A DNA stretch of 64,000 nucleotides. It comes from an uncultured Collinsella sp. GTDB lineage: Bacteria > Actinomycetota > Coriobacteriia > Coriobacteriales > Coriobacteriaceae. The translations under genes and the position numbers were made by a program. Below, in pieces: positions 27,958 through 37,816 of the stretch. Below the pieces are notes generated by a model that was not told where the DNA came from, searched no databases, and was given only the letters and a program-made list of their open reading frames with translations. Location: contig CABSNU010000006.1 in the NCBI GenBank assembly GCA_902479135.1, forward strand, positions 11,070 to 75,069, read 5' to 3'. The first letter of the stretch is position 1; every line of letters starts with the position of its first letter.

Positions 27958-29145
27958 ATGACCGAGCTCCAAGAACTCCGTCGCTATCGCCGCGATCTCC
28001 ATCGCATTCCGGAGCTCGATTTCGATCTTCCGCAGACTATCGCCTATATCGAGGGCGTGTTGGCGCCGCTCGCTTGCGAGGTGGCCCATCCGTGCCCCAG
28101 CTGCATCTGCGCTTTCTTCGACGCTGGCGTTGGTGCCGTGCATGCCACGGCGATTCGCGCCGATATGGATGCGCTGCCCATTGCCGAGGCAACGGGGGCA
28201 GCGTTCGCTTCGACCCATCCCGGCAAGATGCATGCTTGCGGCCACGATGGACACATGGCCATGGCGCTTGCGGCGGCAACCTTTGTCGACCGTACGATCT
28301 GTGAGCGGCCGGGCGCCATTAAGCGCAACGTGCTCTTTGTGTTTCAGCCGGCCGAGGAAACGATCGGTGGCGCCAAGACAGTTTGTGAGAGTGGGGTGTT
28401 TGAGCGCTACGGGGCGGACCGCATCTTCGGGTTCCACGTATGGCCCGACCTGCCTGCGAACACGTTGGCGAGCTGCTCCGGTCCGTTGCTGGCGCGTTCG
28501 AGTGAGACGCACATTCATATTCACGGAACGAGCATCCATATCGCTAAGACTTATGGCGTTCCGGTCGAGGAGTCGCACGATGCGGCGTTGGCGGCTGCCA
28601 AGTTCTTGGTTGCCGAGCGCGAGCTCATGGACGAGTTGGGTGCCGACGAGCCCTGCATTGGTAAGTTCGGCCTGCTGCAGGCCGGCACCGTCTGCAATGC
28701 GGTGGCGGGGGAGGCTCATGTTGCCGGCAGCCTGCGTGTGTTTACGGACTCCATGTTCGACCGTGCGCGCGAGGGCGTACGCCGTGTGCTCGATGAGGCG
28801 TGCACCGCAACGGGCTGCACGTACGATCTCAATTTTGCCGAGGGCTATCCACCGGTCGATAACGACCCCGAGCTGTTCGCCCACATTGCGCCTGCCTTGT
28901 CCGAGCTGCAACTTGCGGACGAGCCGCTGCTAATCGCCGAGGATTTCGCGTTCTATCAGCGCCATCTGCCGGGCGTGTTTTTCTTGCTGGGCACGGGCGT
29001 GCCAGAGGGACAAGAAAACCCGATCGACGCTGATGGCTGCCCAGCCTATGCCACAAGCGCTCTGCATACCGATAGCATGCTCTTCGACGAGGAAATCCTA
29101 CTCAAAGGCCTCGATGTCTACAAACGATTGCTTTTGCTTGACTAA
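27958..29145 (+). CDS. M20 amidohydrolase, probable N-acetyl-diaminopimelate deacetylase
   Basis: RRDLHRIPEL, RADMDALP, MHACGHDGH, FQPAEE, AEDF; divergent from the dap operon. Confidence 0.8.
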   Translation: MTELQELRRYRRDLHRIPELDFDLPQTIAYIEGVLAPLACEVAHPCPSCICAFFDAGVGAVHATAIRADMDALPIAEATGAAFASTHPGKMHACGHDGHMAMALAAATFVDRTICERPGAIKRNVLFVFQPAEETIGGAKTVCESGVFERYGADRIFGFHVWPDLPANTLASCSGPLLARSSETHIHIHGTSIHIAKTYGVPVEESHDAALAAAKFLVAERELMDELGADEPCIGKFGLLQAGTVCNAVAGEAHVAGSLRVFTDSMFDRAREGVRRVLDEACTATGCTYDLNFAEGYPPVDNDPELFAHIAPALSELQLADEPLLIAEDFAFYQRHLPGVFFLLGTGVPEGQENPIDADGCPAYATSALHTDSMLFDEEILLKGLDVYKRLLLLD

Positions 29146-29247
29146 GGCGTGAAGGAGTATTTGTTCTAGAAAACACGAACAAACGTACGATATAATAGAG
29201 ATGTAAGTCTATAGAAACGTTTGACGTTACTAACGTAAGGCGATACT

Positions 29248-29529
29248 ATGATTGCATCGTATAAAGATGAGGATACCGAACGCTTTGCCATGGGTATGCG
29301 GGTCAGGAGGTTCGTGCCCTTTGAGCGTGTTGCGTTGAGGAAGATTCGCCAACTGCAGGTTTGTGCTTCGCTTGATGATCTTCGCGTTCCACCGGGCAAC
29401 CGCCTGGAAGCTTTGAAGGGCGATCGTGCCGGTCAATATAGCATCCGTGTTAACGAGCGCTATCGGGTCTGTTTTGAGTGGAGACAGGAGATGGCTTGGA
29501 ATGTCGAAATCGTCGATTATCACAAGTGA
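29248..29529 (+). CDS. higB: HigB-like RelE/ParE toxin
   Basis: LDDLRVPPGNRLEALKGDRAGQYSIRVN.RYRVCF.W...VEIVDYH; palindrome ACGTTA-C-TAACGT at 29224-29236 upstream. Confidence 0.9.
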   Translation: MIASYKDEDTERFAMGMRVRRFVPFERVALRKIRQLQVCASLDDLRVPPGNRLEALKGDRAGQYSIRVNERYRVCFEWRQEMAWNVEIVDYHK

Positions 29530-29842
29530 TGAGACTTCGGCCGATTTGCTGTCGCCGGTGACTCCTGGTGAGCTTCTCAAAGAGGAGTTTCTTGTCCCTA
29601 TGGGCATTTCTCAATATCGCCTCGCCAAGGAGACCGGGATTCCGGCTCAGCGTATCGGGCAGATTGTCTTGGGAAAACGTCGCGTGACGGCCGACACCGA
29701 CCTCCGTCTTTGCCGTTATTTTGGCCTGACGGATGGTTATTGGCTGCGCGCTCAGGTGGCGTTTGACCTTGAGGCCGAGAAAAGGCGGATTGAACCGGAA
29801 CTCGATAAGATCGTTCCTGTTCAGCAGGCCATCGCACTGTAG
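29501..29842 (+). CDS. higA: HigA antitoxin (XRE HTH)
   Basis: PGELLKEEFL.PMGISQYRLA, GKRRVTADTDLRL..YFG....YWL..Q. Confidence 0.9.
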   Translation: MSKSSIITSDETSADLLSPVTPGELLKEEFLVPMGISQYRLAKETGIPAQRIGQIVLGKRRVTADTDLRLCRYFGLTDGYWLRAQVAFDLEAEKRRIEPELDKIVPVQQAIAL

Positions 29843-29864
29843 TGCTCAAAGATGATGGGGGGGG

Positions 29865-30194
29865 GTGGCGATGAGGCGATGCCGACAGTCTTCCGTATAT
29901 AGTCCGGGTGGATGCGGGTGCGGTTTGCTACTGCTTCCGGTCATCGCTGTGAGCATTGGCGTGATGTTTGTGCTTGCTGGGCTGGCTGCGGCGGCACTCG
30001 TACTGTTTATCACCGCCATCGGCGTGACGGTCTGGCTGTGCCGTTCTCGCGAGCAGCGTTGTGCCGATGGTAAGACTAATGTCGGATGGATTGCCTTTTT
30101 GATCATCGCCTACCTGCTGAGCATCAGCTATTTGGCCTTCTTTATCCTGTTGCTTGTGAGCACCTTTACCGGGGAATCCGTCACGGTGGGGTAG
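29865..30194 (+). CDS. Small hypothetical membrane protein (start uncertain)
   Basis: Two or three hydrophobic segments after PGGCGCG. Confidence 0.5.
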   Translation: MAMRRCRQSSVYSPGGCGCGLLLLPVIAVSIGVMFVLAGLAAAALVLFITAIGVTVWLCRSREQRCADGKTNVGWIAFLIIAYLLSISYLAFFILLLVSTFTGESVTVG

Positions 30195-30565
30195 GTTTCG
30201 ACGAGCTTCTTGAGGATGAAGCGAGGGGACGGACCCTGAATGAACCGCGCCCCACATCAACAAGTTCCATTCGTTGTGTAGCAATCCGAATGTGCAAGTG
30301 TTTGGCGTGAGGGCACCGCCGCCAGTAACACGGGGATGCAGGCCGCGATCGCCAGCCCCTATACCAGCTCATCGCAATAGATTCCATAAGGACCCACCAA
30401 CAGGACATAGGCCAACTTGCGAGCCCATCATTCGCTGCGGCCACAAATCAGCTGGCAGCTGAATTATCGCTATAAATCGCGAGGTAAAATGTCCAAAGAT
30501 TGATGGACGGTTCGCAGAATTTGCAAGGGTCATTGAGAAAGCAAAGCTGCGAGAAAGGAAGAGCC

Positions 30566-31321
30566 ATGGCTAAGAAGACGGGAGAGAAAGAAACGGTTGA
30601 AAAGGCCAAAGGCTTCGAGATTCCCATCGATGAGGAATCGGCCGGCAAGCTGCTCGATACCATCTACAGGAGCGCACTGAATGGCGTCCCTAAGGTGAGT
30701 CGTTCGGTCGACGAGATGGTTGCCGACTACACGGGAAAGGCGAAGTCGCCCGATGATGCCGCAAGGGCACTCGCAAAGTGGCAGGTCATGAAATGCGGAA
30801 CCTCAGGTTTCGTCACCGGGCTCGGGGGCTTGATTACGCTTCCGGTCGCAATTCCCGCGAACATAAGCAGCGTCATGTACGTTCAGATGCGCATGATCGC
30901 CTGCATCGCGAAGATGGGTGGCTATGACGTTACGTCCGACCAAGTTCAGACGATGATCTACATGTGCCTCACGGGTACGACGGCGAGTGATCTTGTCAAA
31001 ATGGGGCTCATCAAGACTGGGACGAAATCGCTTGAGGCTGCAATCAAGAAGATTCCCGGGTCGGCACTCGTGAAGATCAACCAGAAGGTTGGCTTCAGAT
31101 TTATCACGAAGTTCGGCGAGAAGGGTATCATCAACCTCGGGAAAATGCTGCCCCTCGCCGGTGGCTTGATTGGCGGCGGCGTGGACGTGGCATCGACGAG
31201 CATCATTGCTAAGAACGCCATCAGGATGTTCATGGGGGGCGAGGACCCCGATGGAACCCTGCCCACTGAAGCGGAGGTCGAAAGCATCGAAGACGTTGAG
31301 GTGGAAAGCGACCTGCTTTAG
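30566..31321 (+). CDS. EcsC family protein
   Basis: SGFVTGLGGLITLPVAIPA, QMRMIA.IA..GGYD, INQKVGFR..TKFG.KG..NLGK. Confidence 0.85.
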   Translation: MAKKTGEKETVEKAKGFEIPIDEESAGKLLDTIYRSALNGVPKVSRSVDEMVADYTGKAKSPDDAARALAKWQVMKCGTSGFVTGLGGLITLPVAIPANISSVMYVQMRMIACIAKMGGYDVTSDQVQTMIYMCLTGTTASDLVKMGLIKTGTKSLEAAIKKIPGSALVKINQKVGFRFITKFGEKGIINLGKMLPLAGGLIGGGVDVASTSIIAKNAIRMFMGGEDPDGTLPTEAEVESIEDVEVESDLL

Positions 31322-31524
31322 TCTTCGCTATACGCGCCACACCCCATTGCCTAGCTTATGCCGTAGGGGCTGCCGGCTGTTATGAGGTAACCCGCCTGCT
31401 CGCCGCGGTCTATTCGGCACATCGCGTGCGTCGTCTGCTTTGAGTCGCAGGCTGTGTCATTGCCGCCCACGATGGCCATGTGGTCGTTGAGTGTAGTCGA
31501 GCCCATGTGACCCTTGGGTGGCTC

Positions 31525-31731
31525 TCAGCCCGCATCTACCAGGATTCTTGTCGAGTTCGTGCGAGCATCGAGCGTGTAGGGCATGCTCGAGAGCGTCGTT
31601 GTCCGCATGGACCACGCCGCGCGGGTTCGCCATGTCGGAAATCGAGGCAAAGCGCTGCAACCGTAGAACCAGTAGTTCAAATCGATGTTGGCAAGCCTCG
31701 AGGTGTCATCGGTGATGGACGCGCGCTTCAT
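31525..31731 (-). pseudogene. Frameshifted remnant of a BspA-like leucine-rich-repeat surface protein
   Basis: DLNYWFYGCSAL in one frame continues as ASISDMANPRGV after a 1-nt shift. Confidence 0.4.
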
Positions 31732-31838
31732 GCTCTTCTATATGGCAACCTTAGCTCTCAGCTAATGAATTCAAGTTCAATCCTTCTTACGATGTGCTGT
31801 GTGCCGGCACGGTAGCCGGATCGTAGGAAGGATGAATA

Positions 31839-32282
31839 ATGGCAAAAGAGGGAAAGAAGCCGATCGGCAAGATTGTCCTAGGCGTCATCGTGGTGCTGGT
31901 TATCGTCGGTGCCGTGGGTTCTATGGGCGGCAATTCAACCGATTCGTCTGCGAGCGATTCGGCAAAACCTGCCGAGGCGACACAGCAGGCTGAGGAGCAA
32001 AAAGAACCGCAAGAACCGTATATCATTGCTGACGAGGCTGAAGACACCTCCAGTCAGTTTGCCTATAAGATCACGGGCACGCTGACCAATAACACGGACA
32101 AGGAAAAGAGCTACATTCAGATTGAGTATGTTCTGTATGATGCCGATGGCAACCAGGTTGGAACGGCTCTTGCAAACACCAATCATCTGAAGGCGGGCGG
32201 CTCCTGGAAGTTCGAGGCGCTGGGTACGGTGTCTCCCGACCAGGTTGCTAGCTGGGAGCGTTCGGACGTAAGCGGTTTCTAG
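31839..32282 (+). CDS. FxLYD domain-containing membrane-anchored protein
   Basis: N-terminal TM; ITGTLTNNTDKEKSYIQIEYVLYDADGNQVGTA..N..L..G..WKF. Confidence 0.85.
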   Translation: MAKEGKKPIGKIVLGVIVVLVIVGAVGSMGGNSTDSSASDSAKPAEATQQAEEQKEPQEPYIIADEAEDTSSQFAYKITGTLTNNTDKEKSYIQIEYVLYDADGNQVGTALANTNHLKAGGSWKFEALGTVSPDQVASWERSDVSGF

Positions 32283-32314
32283 CATGTTGCATGCACTGGG
32301 GGAGGTGAAGTCGT

Positions 32315-32737
32315 ATGCCCGATAAAAAGCTGACCGAAGAGTTGCTCAATGAGCTTCTCGATGCGCCGAACATCGATGGCTATATCAGGGAGCACGACTT
32401 TGCCGCCCCGTCGCTTTCGGACTACCTGAAGCAGCTGCTGCAGGAAAAGGGCTTGGAGCGCTCGCGCGTGGTTCGTATGGCCGATCTCAATGAGACCTTT
32501 GGCTATCAGATCTTTACCGGTGCGCGTCACCCGAGTCGCAATAAGGTGCTGCAGATTGCCTTTGCGATGGCGCTGACGCTCAAAGAGGCCAACCGTGCAC
32601 TGACGGCTGCCGGGGTAAGCGTCCTTAACTGCAAGGATCGCCGTGATGCGATTATCATCTTTTGCATCGATCGCGGGTGTAGCCTCCAAAAGGTCAATGA
32701 AGAGCTGTATCGCTTTGGCGAGGAAACGGTGAGTTAG
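32315..32737 (+). CDS. XRE-family HTH protein
   Basis: LSDYLKQLL..KGL, YQIFTGARHPSRNKVLQIAFAM, RRDAII. Confidence 0.75.
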   Translation: MPDKKLTEELLNELLDAPNIDGYIREHDFAAPSLSDYLKQLLQEKGLERSRVVRMADLNETFGYQIFTGARHPSRNKVLQIAFAMALTLKEANRALTAAGVSVLNCKDRRDAIIIFCIDRGCSLQKVNEELYRFGEETVS

Positions 32738-32823
32738 CGGCTGATATCTGAGCCGGCGGAGCTGCCGAACAAGGATGCAAACGAACGGGGCGCGGATGCC
32801 ATGGAGCGTCTGCGCCCTGCGCT

Positions 32824-34215
32824 ATGATGGAGGCTATGGATACTCAGACCCCAACATATTTCGATGACGAGCTGACCGCAGCGCTTGCCGAGCACCTGGC
32901 GTCGCTCGATCGCGACGACAGCTATCGCGTGGAGCGTGTACTTAAGCGCTCGTCCGTTGAAACAACCGAGCTCGTGTACTTTGAAGGAACCGGTGGTGGT
33001 TCGCTCGGCCCCTTTGTCCGTAAACGCATCGATGCCTCGGCTCAAATCGGCGGGGCATACGAGCGTCTGCTTGCCGCTCAGCGGGCAGGCAGGCGTTTTG
33101 AGCACCTGCCCAGAATCGTCGATTGTCGTCGTGTGGGCGACGAGCTCAACGTGGTTATGGAATACATCGAAGGGGAGACGCTCGGGGCGCTGGTGGACCG
33201 TCTGGGAGCCGCTCCCGATTATGCGCGTGAATTGTATCCTGCCCTATGCGATGCCGTGGGCGAGCTCCACGCCGGTTTTGCAATAGCGGGGGAGACGTCG
33301 GCGCCGGTGATCCATCGCGACCTCAAGCCGTCGAATATCATCGTGACAGGTGCCAACTATACGCCTGATGACGGCCTGACATTTTCATCGCTGGTGATTA
33401 TCGACTTGGGGATCGCGCGCGTATGGCGCGATGGCGCCGATGCCGACACCGTCAAGTTTGGCACGCGACCCTATGCGCCGCCTGAGCAGTATGGGTTTGG
33501 GCAGACGAGTGTGCGCAGCGACGTCTACGCACTTGGCGCCCTGTTGTTCTTCTGCTTGACGGGAGTCGACCCTAAACCGGGGCTCGACATGCGCGAGCAA
33601 TGCGAGGCGCGCGGCATTCCCACTTCACTTACCGATGCCGTCTGCATGTCGATGGCACTCGACCCGGCCAAGCGTTTTGCGAGCGCGGAAGCGTTGGGAC
33701 GGGCGACGCGCGCGGCATACGATCTGAGTCGCCCCGTGCGGCCTCCTGCGGCTGTGCTTGTCCGTACTCCGGCCTCGGAGACGGTGTTGACGCCCCAAGG
33801 GCTCCAGAACCCCACAGGGCTTCCTAGGCCTGCCGCCTCCGCTGCATGCGGTCTGCTCTCTCGCGTTCCGGAGTCTCTGGGGCGTATTTGGAATACGCTC
33901 GTCTGCTTCTCACTGATTGTGTTCTTTGCCGGTAGTCACTTTGCTGTCTTTCATCCCACCGGAGCAAACCAAAGCTACCCGACGTGGCTTCTCATCATCG
34001 AGTATTTTTTCTTTGTCGATGGCCTTATGGTGCTTATGCATTTTGCGCTGCTCGATAAGCGCCGTCTTCGTCGGCGATTCGCATTGCTCGACAGCTATCG
34101 CGGCAAGAAGCTCGCGAAACTCTGGCTCAAGGCGTTGGGTGTGCTGCTCCTATGTATGATCGTCATAGTCGCGGTTGCCAATGCGACCGGCGTCGTTGAT
34201 ACCTCCGCTACCTAA
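32824..34215 (+). CDS. Ser/Thr protein kinase with C-terminal transmembrane segments
   Basis: VMEYIEG, IHRDLKPSNII, IDLGIAR, GTRPYAPPEQYG, SDVYALG. Confidence 0.9.
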   Translation: MMEAMDTQTPTYFDDELTAALAEHLASLDRDDSYRVERVLKRSSVETTELVYFEGTGGGSLGPFVRKRIDASAQIGGAYERLLAAQRAGRRFEHLPRIVDCRRVGDELNVVMEYIEGETLGALVDRLGAAPDYARELYPALCDAVGELHAGFAIAGETSAPVIHRDLKPSNIIVTGANYTPDDGLTFSSLVIIDLGIARVWRDGADADTVKFGTRPYAPPEQYGFGQTSVRSDVYALGALLFFCLTGVDPKPGLDMREQCEARGIPTSLTDAVCMSMALDPAKRFASAEALGRATRAAYDLSRPVRPPAAVLVRTPASETVLTPQGLQNPTGLPRPAASAACGLLSRVPESLGRIWNTLVCFSLIVFFAGSHFAVFHPTGANQSYPTWLLIIEYFFFVDGLMVLMHFALLDKRRLRRRFALLDSYRGKKLAKLWLKALGVLLLCMIVIVAVANATGVVDTSAT

Positions 34216-34252
34216 AAGAAAAGGGCCCCATTGGGGCCCTTTGCAGTTGCAC

Positions 34253-35401
34253 TTAGATGCGGTTCATCTGAGCGGCGACTTTGTTGTACCAGTCCTGCCA
34301 CGTGGGCGGGCAGTACTTTTTGGCCGCTGCCGGGGTAAGGGTGGAGCCGTAGTTGGCGCCCAGATAGGCAACGTGAGCGGAGATGCCCTCGCTCCAGCTG
34401 CCAAAGCTGCGCCAACCGCCGCCACGGGCGCTCCAGCCCCAGGCGTTGTAAGAATTGGCGCAATAAGCACCCTTGGTGCTCTCGATGCAGGCGATGGCGG
34501 GGGACCAGCGAGGGTCGACGCCGGTGTTCCAAGCGGCAACGGCAAAGTTATAGCCCTGGCCTGCCATGGGGGAGCCGGCAAGGTAGTTGTCGATGCGGCT
34601 CGTCCACTCATTAATGAACGAGTCGTAATCGGAGTTGCCGCTGTTCGAGTTGTTCGGCGTGGTGTCGATGGTGGTGTTGGCGTTGTTGGCCTGGCTGCTG
34701 GAATTGCTGCCGCTTACGCCCTCGCCCGAGAGCTTCTCGGCGGCAGCGGCCTTATCGGCCTCAAGCTTGGCAAGCTCGGCGGCATTTTCCTGCTCGGCTT
34801 TTGCCTGTGCCTCGCTGCGGAGCTGCTGGGCCTGCGCCAGCGCATCCTCGGCGTTTTTCTGCTCAGCCTCAAGCTGAGACTTGGCCTGCTGGAGCTCAGC
34901 CTTGTTCTGCTCGAGTTCGGTTTGCATGTTATTGAGCTCTTCGATCTCGTCGACGCTCGAGCTCGTGATCTGGTTGGTGTATTTGCAGGTCGTGATGAAC
35001 TCACCCAGGCTCTGCGCGTTGACCAGGAAGCTCACGATGGGATTGGTGCCCTTCTGATACTTGTACAGATCGCGCATGGCGGAGCTTGCCTTGGCCTGCT
35101 GCTCGGGAAGCTTAGCCTCGATTTCCTCGATGCTTGCCTCATTGGAGTCAATCTGCTTTTGCAGGTCATCGAGTTTGGTGCGGGCGTCGTTGTAGGCGCT
35201 CGTGGCGGCTTCGATCTTCTGCTGGGCTGCGGAAAGCTGGTCCTGCGTTGCCTGCGAGGCGGCATACGCCGCAACGGGGGAGAGCATCGGCGTGGCCGTC
35301 AGCGCAACGGCGAGCGCGGCGCTCGTGATGATACGAGCCGGCTTCGACGCAATGAGCGCTGCGGTGCGATGATTCGAATGCTGCATCCAGTCCCTCTGCA
35401 A
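34253..35401 (-). CDS. Secreted PcsB/CwlO-type coiled-coil protein with C-terminal lysozyme/glucosaminidase-like domain
   Basis: Signal peptide, long coiled coil, GVDPRWSPAIACIESTKG..NAWGW. Confidence 0.75.
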   Translation of the reverse strand: MQRDWMQHSNHRTAALIASKPARIITSAALAVALTATPMLSPVAAYAASQATQDQLSAAQQKIEAATSAYNDARTKLDDLQKQIDSNEASIEEIEAKLPEQQAKASSAMRDLYKYQKGTNPIVSFLVNAQSLGEFITTCKYTNQITSSSVDEIEELNNMQTELEQNKAELQQAKSQLEAEQKNAEDALAQAQQLRSEAQAKAEQENAAELAKLEADKAAAAEKLSGEGVSGSNSSSQANNANTTIDTTPNNSNSGNSDYDSFINEWTSRIDNYLAGSPMAGQGYNFAVAAWNTGVDPRWSPAIACIESTKGAYCANSYNAWGWSARGGGWRSFGSWSEGISAHVAYLGANYGSTLTPAAAKKYCPPTWQDWYNKVAAQMNRI

Positions 35402-35450
35402 TCAATCGTAGGTTATGGTTCGAACGGTATTCTACTACTGCTTTCGACCT

Positions 35451-35493
35451 CAACTTGAACCTTAAAGGTTCCAAAGGGTCAAGTTGAACTTGA
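35451..35493. promoter_or_regulatory. Overlapping palindromes, MerR-type operator candidate
   Basis: CAACTTGAACCTT/AAGGGTCAAGTTG and TCAAGTTGAACTTGA. Confidence 0.45.
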
Positions 35494-35620
35494 GGCTTTG
35501 GCTTTGACCTGCAGTTATGATGAATTGTTGAGAAACCATAGAGTTCAACTTTAACGTTACGGGGGCCTGTTTGAGAGGAGTTTAGGGCTGTAAAAGCTAT
35601 CTCAACGTGGGGTTTTACAG

Positions 35621-36253
35621 CTACAGCGCGCCCTCCTGACGAGCCTGCTCAATCTCTTCGAGGGCTTCGGCAGGGGTGAACGAACAGGTGCCGTCGCCGA
35701 GTTTGACTACCTGGATATCGTCGCCGATATGGACCTCTCCGCCCTTTAGTACCACGCCAAAAATGCCCTCGTGCGGAAAGATGCAGTCGCCGGCGAGATA
35801 GTAGATGGCGCAACGGGTGTGGCAGACCTTGCCGATTTGGCTGATTTCGACGAGCACCTCGCTGCCAAGCTTGAGCTGCGTGCCCAAAGGGAGCGAGAGT
35901 AGATTGATGCCCTGGGTGGTGAAGTTTTCTCCAAAGTCACCCTCGCGCACATCGAGTCCGCGAGCCTGCGCCGTCTGGATGGACTCTGCGGCCAAAAAGG
36001 AAACCTGACGATGCCAATGTCCGGCGTGCGCATCGGTGGCGAGACCAAATTGCTCTATAACGGTGTCGTGTCCATCGGCGACGGGCGACTTGCGCGTGCC
36101 CTTGTGTGCCGACGTGTTGATTGAGACGATGTGGGCGGGTCCGTTGTAGGCGGCGTCTGCCGTGCGCAGGGGAGCGGTCGCTTTCGCGCGTTCTGCCAGC
36201 TCGCGCCTCGCGGCATTGAGGATGGGATTATCGGTCGGATGGTCTTGGGGCAC
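35621..36253 (-). CDS. MOSC domain protein
   Basis: DAHAG.WHRQVS.L, GDFGENF, QIGKVCH.RCAI....GDCIFP.EG. Confidence 0.85.
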   Translation of the reverse strand: MPQDHPTDNPILNAARRELAERAKATAPLRTADAAYNGPAHIVSINTSAHKGTRKSPVADGHDTVIEQFGLATDAHAGHWHRQVSFLAAESIQTAQARGLDVREGDFGENFTTQGINLLSLPLGTQLKLGSEVLVEISQIGKVCHTRCAIYYLAGDCIFPHEGIFGVVLKGGEVHIGDDIQVVKLGDGTCSFTPAEALEEIEQARQEGAL

Positions 36254-36475
36254 GTGTGCGCCTTTCGCTCGAGGATGTCAATACGCTGAATCCTACAACA
36301 ATGGTAGGTTCATTGCCCATTGTCATACAACGGTGAGCGCCGTCTTCGTGCTGGACGATTACATCGATTGCCATAGATACGGTGGAGCTTTGGGCGCCGG
36401 CGGCTTGGCACGCTAGAATAAATCAGTTGCGCAAAGACCGCCCATTGTGTGGGCAGTTCATGATAGGAAGTTTCC

Positions 36476-37732
36476 ATGGCATTGCAATTTACAGAGCGCG
36501 AGTTCATTCCCGTGCTGCTCGGTGGCGACATCAACGCCTATTCGGTGGCGCGCGCCTTCTACGAGGAGTACCAGGTCAAGAGTCTGGTCTTTGGCAAGTA
36601 TCAGACGGGTCCCGCGTACCGCAGCCAGATTATCGACTACACGCCCAACGTGGATATCGACACCATGCCCGTGATGCTCAAAACCGTCAACGGCATTGCC
36701 CAAGCGCATGCCGACAAGACGATTGTCCTTGTGGGCTGTGGCGACAACTATGTTGCCCTCGTGGCTCAGGCCAAGGATGCTCATGAGCTGGCGGACAACA
36801 TCGTCGCTCCCTACGCGCCCTACAGCATGCTCGAGCAGTGCCAGAAGAAGGAGATCTTCTACGAGCTGTGCGAGAAGCATGGCGTGCCCTATCCGCACAC
36901 GTTTACCTTTACCAAGGCGATGCTCAATGCCCAGGGTGAGGCGCCTGCCGAAGTGCTCGACCAGATCGATTTTCCTTACCCGATGATTCTGAAGCCTTCT
37001 GACGGCATCATGTGGTGGCAGCACGAGTTCGAGGGCCAGAAAAAGGCCTATGAGATTGCCGACCGCGCCGAGCTGGAACAGGTCATTCGCGATTCGTATG
37101 CCAGCGGCTATACCGACGATCTGATCTTGCAGGATCGCGTGCCCGGCAACGACGAGTACATGCGCGTGCTCACCAGCTATTCCGACCGCAACGGCAAGGT
37201 GCGCATGATGTGCCTGGGCCATGTGCTGCTCGAGGAGCATCAGCCTCACGGCGTCGGCAACCACGCCTGTATCATCACCGAGCCCAATGACGAGCTCATG
37301 GGCGGCGTGCGCAAGCTACTCGAGGACCTGAACTTTGTGGGCTATTCCAACTTTGACGTTAAGTACGACGAGCGCGACGGCTCGTTTAAGTTCTTCGATT
37401 TCAACACGCGTCAGGGCCGCAGTAATTACTACGTCACCAACAGCGGCTTTAACGTTGCCAAGTATGTGGTGGACGAGTATGTGTTCAACCGCCCGTTTGA
37501 GCCGGAGTTTGTGACGGCGCAGGACGAGGCGCTGTGGATGGTCGTCCCCATGGGCGTCGTCGACAAGTACGTCAAGGATCCCGAGCTGCGCGCTAAGGTG
37601 CATCGCCTGGACAAGGAAGGCAAGGGCGCCGACCCTTCGTTTATGAAGGGCGACTTTGTCTTTAACCGCTGGCTGCGCATGTGGCACACCAAGTTGCGCC
37701 ACTTTAAGCTGTTCAAGACGTATTACAAGTAG
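36476..37732 (+). CDS. ATP-grasp carboxylate-amine ligase, D-aspartate ligase-like
   Basis: PVLLGGDINAYSVARAF, K..FY.LC...GVPYP.T, ILKPS, GYSNFDVKYD.RDG, N.RQGRS. Confidence 0.85.
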   Translation: MALQFTEREFIPVLLGGDINAYSVARAFYEEYQVKSLVFGKYQTGPAYRSQIIDYTPNVDIDTMPVMLKTVNGIAQAHADKTIVLVGCGDNYVALVAQAKDAHELADNIVAPYAPYSMLEQCQKKEIFYELCEKHGVPYPHTFTFTKAMLNAQGEAPAEVLDQIDFPYPMILKPSDGIMWWQHEFEGQKKAYEIADRAELEQVIRDSYASGYTDDLILQDRVPGNDEYMRVLTSYSDRNGKVRMMCLGHVLLEEHQPHGVGNHACIITEPNDELMGGVRKLLEDLNFVGYSNFDVKYDERDGSFKFFDFNTRQGRSNYYVTNSGFNVAKYVVDEYVFNRPFEPEFVTAQDEALWMVVPMGVVDKYVKDPELRAKVHRLDKEGKGADPSFMKGDFVFNRWLRMWHTKLRHFKLFKTYYK

Positions 37733-37816
37733 ATGAGTGCGGCGCCCGTCCGGTTTGCATCGGGCGGGCGCGGGTATGATACGCGCAATTGCGCAAGCGT
37801 CACCAAGGAGGCGGCG

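Noticed and set aside
29857..29865. G9 tract before the small membrane gene as a phase-variation switch
   Set aside because: The true start is uncertain (a frameshift after ATG 29879 is equally plausible), and G runs are not rare at this GC content.
30195..30499. Short ORFs between the membrane gene and ecsC
   Set aside because: No RBS or recognisable family; probably decayed sequence.
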